Shown here one piece after another: positions 60,639-64,000 of a stretch of 64,000 bases of DNA. The DNA comes from Candidatus Heimdallarchaeota archaeon. GTDB lineage: Archaea > Asgardarchaeota > Heimdallarchaeia > JABLTI01. Position 1 is the stretch's first letter. Every line of letters starts with the position of its first letter. The notes under the pieces were generated by a model that saw only the letters and a list, made by a program, of their open reading frames with translations, had not been told where the DNA came from and made no database searches. The position numbers and the translations under genes were made by a program. The stretch covers positions 64,001 to 128,000 of the forward strand of contig JABCTZ010000019.1 of the NCBI GenBank assembly GCA_018238155.1, read 5' to 3'.

Positions 60639-61244
60639 TTATTTTTTAGCCCGACGATCTTTTACCCAACCAACAATACCCAGAACGATAAAAGATAGAA
60701 TTCCAATCGAAAGCAAGACTAGAACTGCCCAAATATAAACTGGTGAGGGTGGTCTTTTGTATTGTACAGTAATCGTTGCATTTTCACTGAATGGTCGTAC
60801 AAATGGAGTTTCAACTACGCTTTCAATATTAATGAACAGGATATTCACCGATAGATTATAACTTCTACCGATAGTGAGGTTCATCATTGTTTGAAAATAA
60901 ATTGTTTTTGCTTCAAAAGGAGTAACTCTATAGCGAGGGTCATCTTCCGCAAATTGTTCAGAAGAAACTAAAGTAGTTTCAATAGTTCCATTATCATATG
61001 TATATTCAAAGTCTACTCTCAGTTGAGTTATTCTAAATATATCTTCTGAGTGATTATTGAATATTGTACCTCCAAAGAGATAATCATCTTTTTGATAAAC
61101 ATCTCCATTTGGGGAGATAAGATCATAAAAAACTAAGTCTCCGTTAGCTCCAGAAACTATGTTTAAGTGTTGTGGTTGGAAAACCATTGACAGAGAAAGT
61201 AAACAAGTGATAATGAAAATAACATAAGCTGTCTTTTTGTTCAT
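60639..61244 (-). CDS. Type I membrane protein, TRAP-alpha-like
   Basis: Signal peptide, Ig-like ectodomain with NxS/T sequons, TM, basic tail; start at MNKKTAY. Confidence 0.65.
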   Translation of the reverse strand: MNKKTAYVIFIITCLLSLSMVFQPQHLNIVSGANGDLVFYDLISPNGDVYQKDDYLFGGTIFNNHSEDIFRITQLRVDFEYTYDNGTIETTLVSSEQFAEDDPRYRVTPFEAKTIYFQTMMNLTIGRSYNLSVNILFINIESVVETPFVRPFSENATITVQYKRPPSPVYIWAVLVLLSIGILSFIVLGIVGWVKDRRAKK

Positions 61245-61380
61245 AAGGATTACACTTCTTTGGTTGTTAAGACTTAATATCAATATTCAACTATTTAATC
61301 GAAACTCTATTTTGTTTTCGTTCATTAGATACTTTTAAACATTTCTTCAAGCTAGCTTTGGATGAATTCTTCCATCATGG

Positions 61381-62007
61381 TTAGATGAATAATGATTTTG
61401 CGACATCAGTTCTTATAGAACGATATTTTTGTTCTAGACGTGCTTCAAAAGTATTATCTATGGTAATAGATTCATCATCTAAATGAACAATAACTCCACC
61501 AATGGAATTAATTGTTTCTGTGGCTAACTTGAGTGAGGATTTAGTACCGCTCTTCTTAGTAACTTCCTTAGCTAAATTTGCAAGTTCTTTCAATTTAGCT
61601 TTATCTGCCTTTCGAGCTTTTACTAAGAGATTTCCTCCACCAATTGCAATTCCTGCTTCAACAATGAGTGAGCTAAGAACTTTGGTGTAAGCTGGCTTTG
61701 AGACAAATTTCTTTAATTCTTCTTTAGCAGAAGTGAATGTTTTGGTAATTTCTTCTTCTTTCTTTTGCAAGATTTCTCGACGTGCTTGTAGGTTAATTGA
61801 AGCAATTTGTTGTTTTTCCAATTCTGTTATAGTTTTGGATTTCATTTCAATGATTTCTTCTTTTTCTCGTTCAGCAATTATTTTCCCTTTTTCTAGGATT
61901 TCTAGTGTTTGCTGTTTTGCTTCTTTAGTAAACTCACGTGCTTCATTTTTAGCATTGCTAATTATATCCTCGACCATTTGATTGATTCTTTCTTCTTCAG
62001 CAGACAA
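61381..62007 (-). CDS. atpE: A/V-type ATP synthase subunit E
   Basis: Long N-terminal helix; GGVIV...ITIDNTFEARL; TTG start with GAGGAGG SD. Confidence 0.92.
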   Translation of the reverse strand: MSAEEERINQMVEDIISNAKNEAREFTKEAKQQTLEILEKGKIIAEREKEEIIEMKSKTITELEKQQIASINLQARREILQKKEEEITKTFTSAKEELKKFVSKPAYTKVLSSLIVEAGIAIGGGNLLVKARKADKAKLKELANLAKEVTKKSGTKSSLKLATETINSIGGVIVHLDDESITIDNTFEARLEQKYRSIRTDVAKSLFI

Positions 62008-62262
62008 TTTACTTGCTCCTCCTCAGATTAGCGAGTTGTTTTCAAAATCAATTCTCATAATTAAAAATATTTTGACACGAGCTCCAAATATCTGCCTTTA
62101 AACACTATCATTTGTTCTTTTGTAAAAAAAATGTCTAATAACAAATTTTTCAGTTGTTCCAAAATTGTTTTAACAAAGTTTTTTCTCAATTCTGATTTGA
62201 TTGATGTATATTCAAACAACAAGATAATGAATGAGAAAAGCAGTAATTTAGGTGAAATGAAA

Positions 62263-63477
62263 ATGGTTGACGCATCCGGAAAATTAACTCAAGCACCAAG
62301 AGTGAAAGGATTAGAATACGCAATTCGAGATATCAGTGCTGAAGCAAGAAAATTATCTGCTCAAGGGAAGGATCTAATTTGGTTAAATATTGGCGATCCA
62401 AATAAATATGATTTTGAAACACCAAAGAATATTGTTGATGCTTTTGTTGAAGCTGCACGTGAAAACAAGAGTTTCTATTCAGAATCTCAAGGTATTGTTT
62501 CGTTACGTGAAGCAATTGTTGAAAAAGAGAAGAAAATAAATGGCGCAAAGAATCTCTCTATTGATGATATACATGTTACTGCTGGAATCTCAGAAGGAAT
62601 TATGTTTCTTTTTGCTTCTCTTCTAAGTCCAGGTGATGAGATTTTAATTCCAGGTCCAGCCTATCCGTCTTATATGGCGTTTCCAAAATTCTATGATGCT
62701 AAAAGTGTTACTTATCGTACAGTTAGCACTGATAATTGGCAACCAGATGAGGATGATATTAGAAGTAAAATTACCGATAAAACAAAAGCAATTCTGATCA
62801 TTAATCCAAATAATCCTACTGGTGCAGTATATCGAGAAAAAGAATTGAAACAGATTGTAGATATTGCAGGTGAACATAATTTGCCAATAATTGCAGATGA
62901 AATCTATGATCGATTGTCTTTTGATCAGAAATTCATTGGTATGCCATCTGTTGCAAAGGATGTTCCATTATTTATGATGAATGGTTTCTCTAAAGTTTAC
63001 TTAATGCCAGGATGGCGTGTTGGTTATTGTTATCTCCAAGATCCTGACGATAAACTTAGAGAAGTCTATGAAGGTATCATTAAATTGGGGCGACTTAGAC
63101 TGTGTGTCAACACTCCAGCTCAATATGGATGTACAGAGGCTTTAACGGGTCCACAAGACCACATCAAAGAAACAGTTGAAAAATTAAGAAAACGAAGAGA
63201 TATTATCTATAAGCGCCTAAATGAAATTGAAGGGATTTCAACCCAAAAACCAGAAGCAGCTTTCTATATCTTTCCTAAAATTGAGAACCTTGGAAAATAT
63301 AAAAATGATAAAGAATTCATTCTTGCACTCTTAAAGGAAGAAGGAGTGGTAGGAGTATTTGGAAGCGGCTTTGATCCAACATATGGTAGTGGTTATTTCA
63401 GATTAGTATTCCTTTCTCAAGAAGAAATAATTAGTGATGCTATGAATCGGCTTGAAAGATTCATGAAAAAAATATAG
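62263..63477 (+). CDS. Class I/II PLP aminotransferase (alanine aminotransferase-like)
   Basis: YAIRD, LNIGDP, INPNNPTG, ADEIYD, GFSKVYLMPGWRVG; GGTGA SD before ATG 62263. Confidence 0.93.
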   Translation: MVDASGKLTQAPRVKGLEYAIRDISAEARKLSAQGKDLIWLNIGDPNKYDFETPKNIVDAFVEAARENKSFYSESQGIVSLREAIVEKEKKINGAKNLSIDDIHVTAGISEGIMFLFASLLSPGDEILIPGPAYPSYMAFPKFYDAKSVTYRTVSTDNWQPDEDDIRSKITDKTKAILIINPNNPTGAVYREKELKQIVDIAGEHNLPIIADEIYDRLSFDQKFIGMPSVAKDVPLFMMNGFSKVYLMPGWRVGYCYLQDPDDKLREVYEGIIKLGRLRLCVNTPAQYGCTEALTGPQDHIKETVEKLRKRRDIIYKRLNEIEGISTQKPEAAFYIFPKIENLGKYKNDKEFILALLKEEGVVGVFGSGFDPTYGSGYFRLVFLSQEEIISDAMNRLERFMKKI

Positions 63478-63527
63478 CTAAGAAGATAATAGAAAATTAC
63501 AAACTATTATTCTTCCTTCTTTTTCTT

Positions 63528-64000
63528 TCATTGATTTAACCAATTCAACATCGTATCTAGTTCTGTTTGTTGCTTAATCAATTCAGTATAATCTAAATTC
63601 AAACGTTTGTAAACTCTACACATAATATCTCGTGTAAGATTTGATCCTATCTCACGTTCAATATTGTTTTGTAAAACTCTGAAAAGTATTTCTAATCGAC
63701 CAATAATAGCTATTAAATCTACCTCCAAACTGAGAACTTTCTTCAGATTATTTCGGTCAATCAAGTATTCATTACTATCACTAATTAAACGGGTGAGCTC
63801 ATCATCTTTAATGAGCAAAAGTGCTGCAGTATTTCTTTTTATACGGGATAGTGTTCGCAAATCTAACCAATTATCTGATTCGTCAAAAATAAGTTGGAAG
63901 AGGTCATCAATAAATTCAAGGGAACGTGTGAATTGAAATGCTTTCTTATCGAGAACAACTTTCCATTTTGGAAGCACTTCTAGAAAACGTTCAGAAACAA
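63528..64000 (-). CDS. Hypothetical protein, 5' part beyond the window
   Basis: Frame stays open from the GTG at 63977 to the window edge. Confidence 0.65.
   Translation of the reverse strand, partial: VSERFLEVLPKWKVVLDKKAFQFTRSLEFIDDLFQLIFDESDNWLDLRTLSRIKRNTAALLLIKDDELTRLISDSNEYLIDRNNLKKVLSLEVDLIAIIGRLEILFRVLQNNIEREIGSNLTRDIMCRVYKRLNLDYTELIKQQTELDTMLNWLNQ

Noticed and set aside
1-64000. CRISPR array, rRNA, IS/transposase, DGR
   Set aside because: No regularly spaced repeats, no long GC-rich RNA gene, and no transposase or reverse transcriptase motifs seen

Overview
AT-rich archaeal chromosomal window, most consistent with an Asgard archaeon (Heimdallarchaeia-like; inference). Archaeal core genes (alba, smc-scpA, Sec61beta, rpl1/rplP0, rpl10e, nob1, A/V-ATPase E, intron-containing tRNA-Pro(CGG)) occur with many eukaryotic-signature-type proteins: roadblock/LC7, RING finger, JAMM/MPN, a Rab-like GTPase, and by-eye matches to TRAP-alpha, a TRAP-beta-like domain, DPM2 and the ESCRT-I steadiness box. 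Positions ~2.3-10.1 kb look like a decayed accessory island (peptidase pseudogene, headless ORFs, ATGA-coupled orphan operon, HEPN remnant, secreted caspase-like peptidase, SBBP propeller). The best candidate for an undescribed system is at 53.6-57.3 kb (minus strand). There a ParM/StbA-type actin overlaps a ParR-like ribbon-helix-helix gene whose tail carries a beta-thymosin/WH2-like LKKVETNEK motif. A helical Zn-ribbon protein, an MglA-type GTPase and a 1409-aa SF2 helicase follow on the same strand. smc appears to start at a CTG codon. All homology calls are by eye or from memory; no searches were run.
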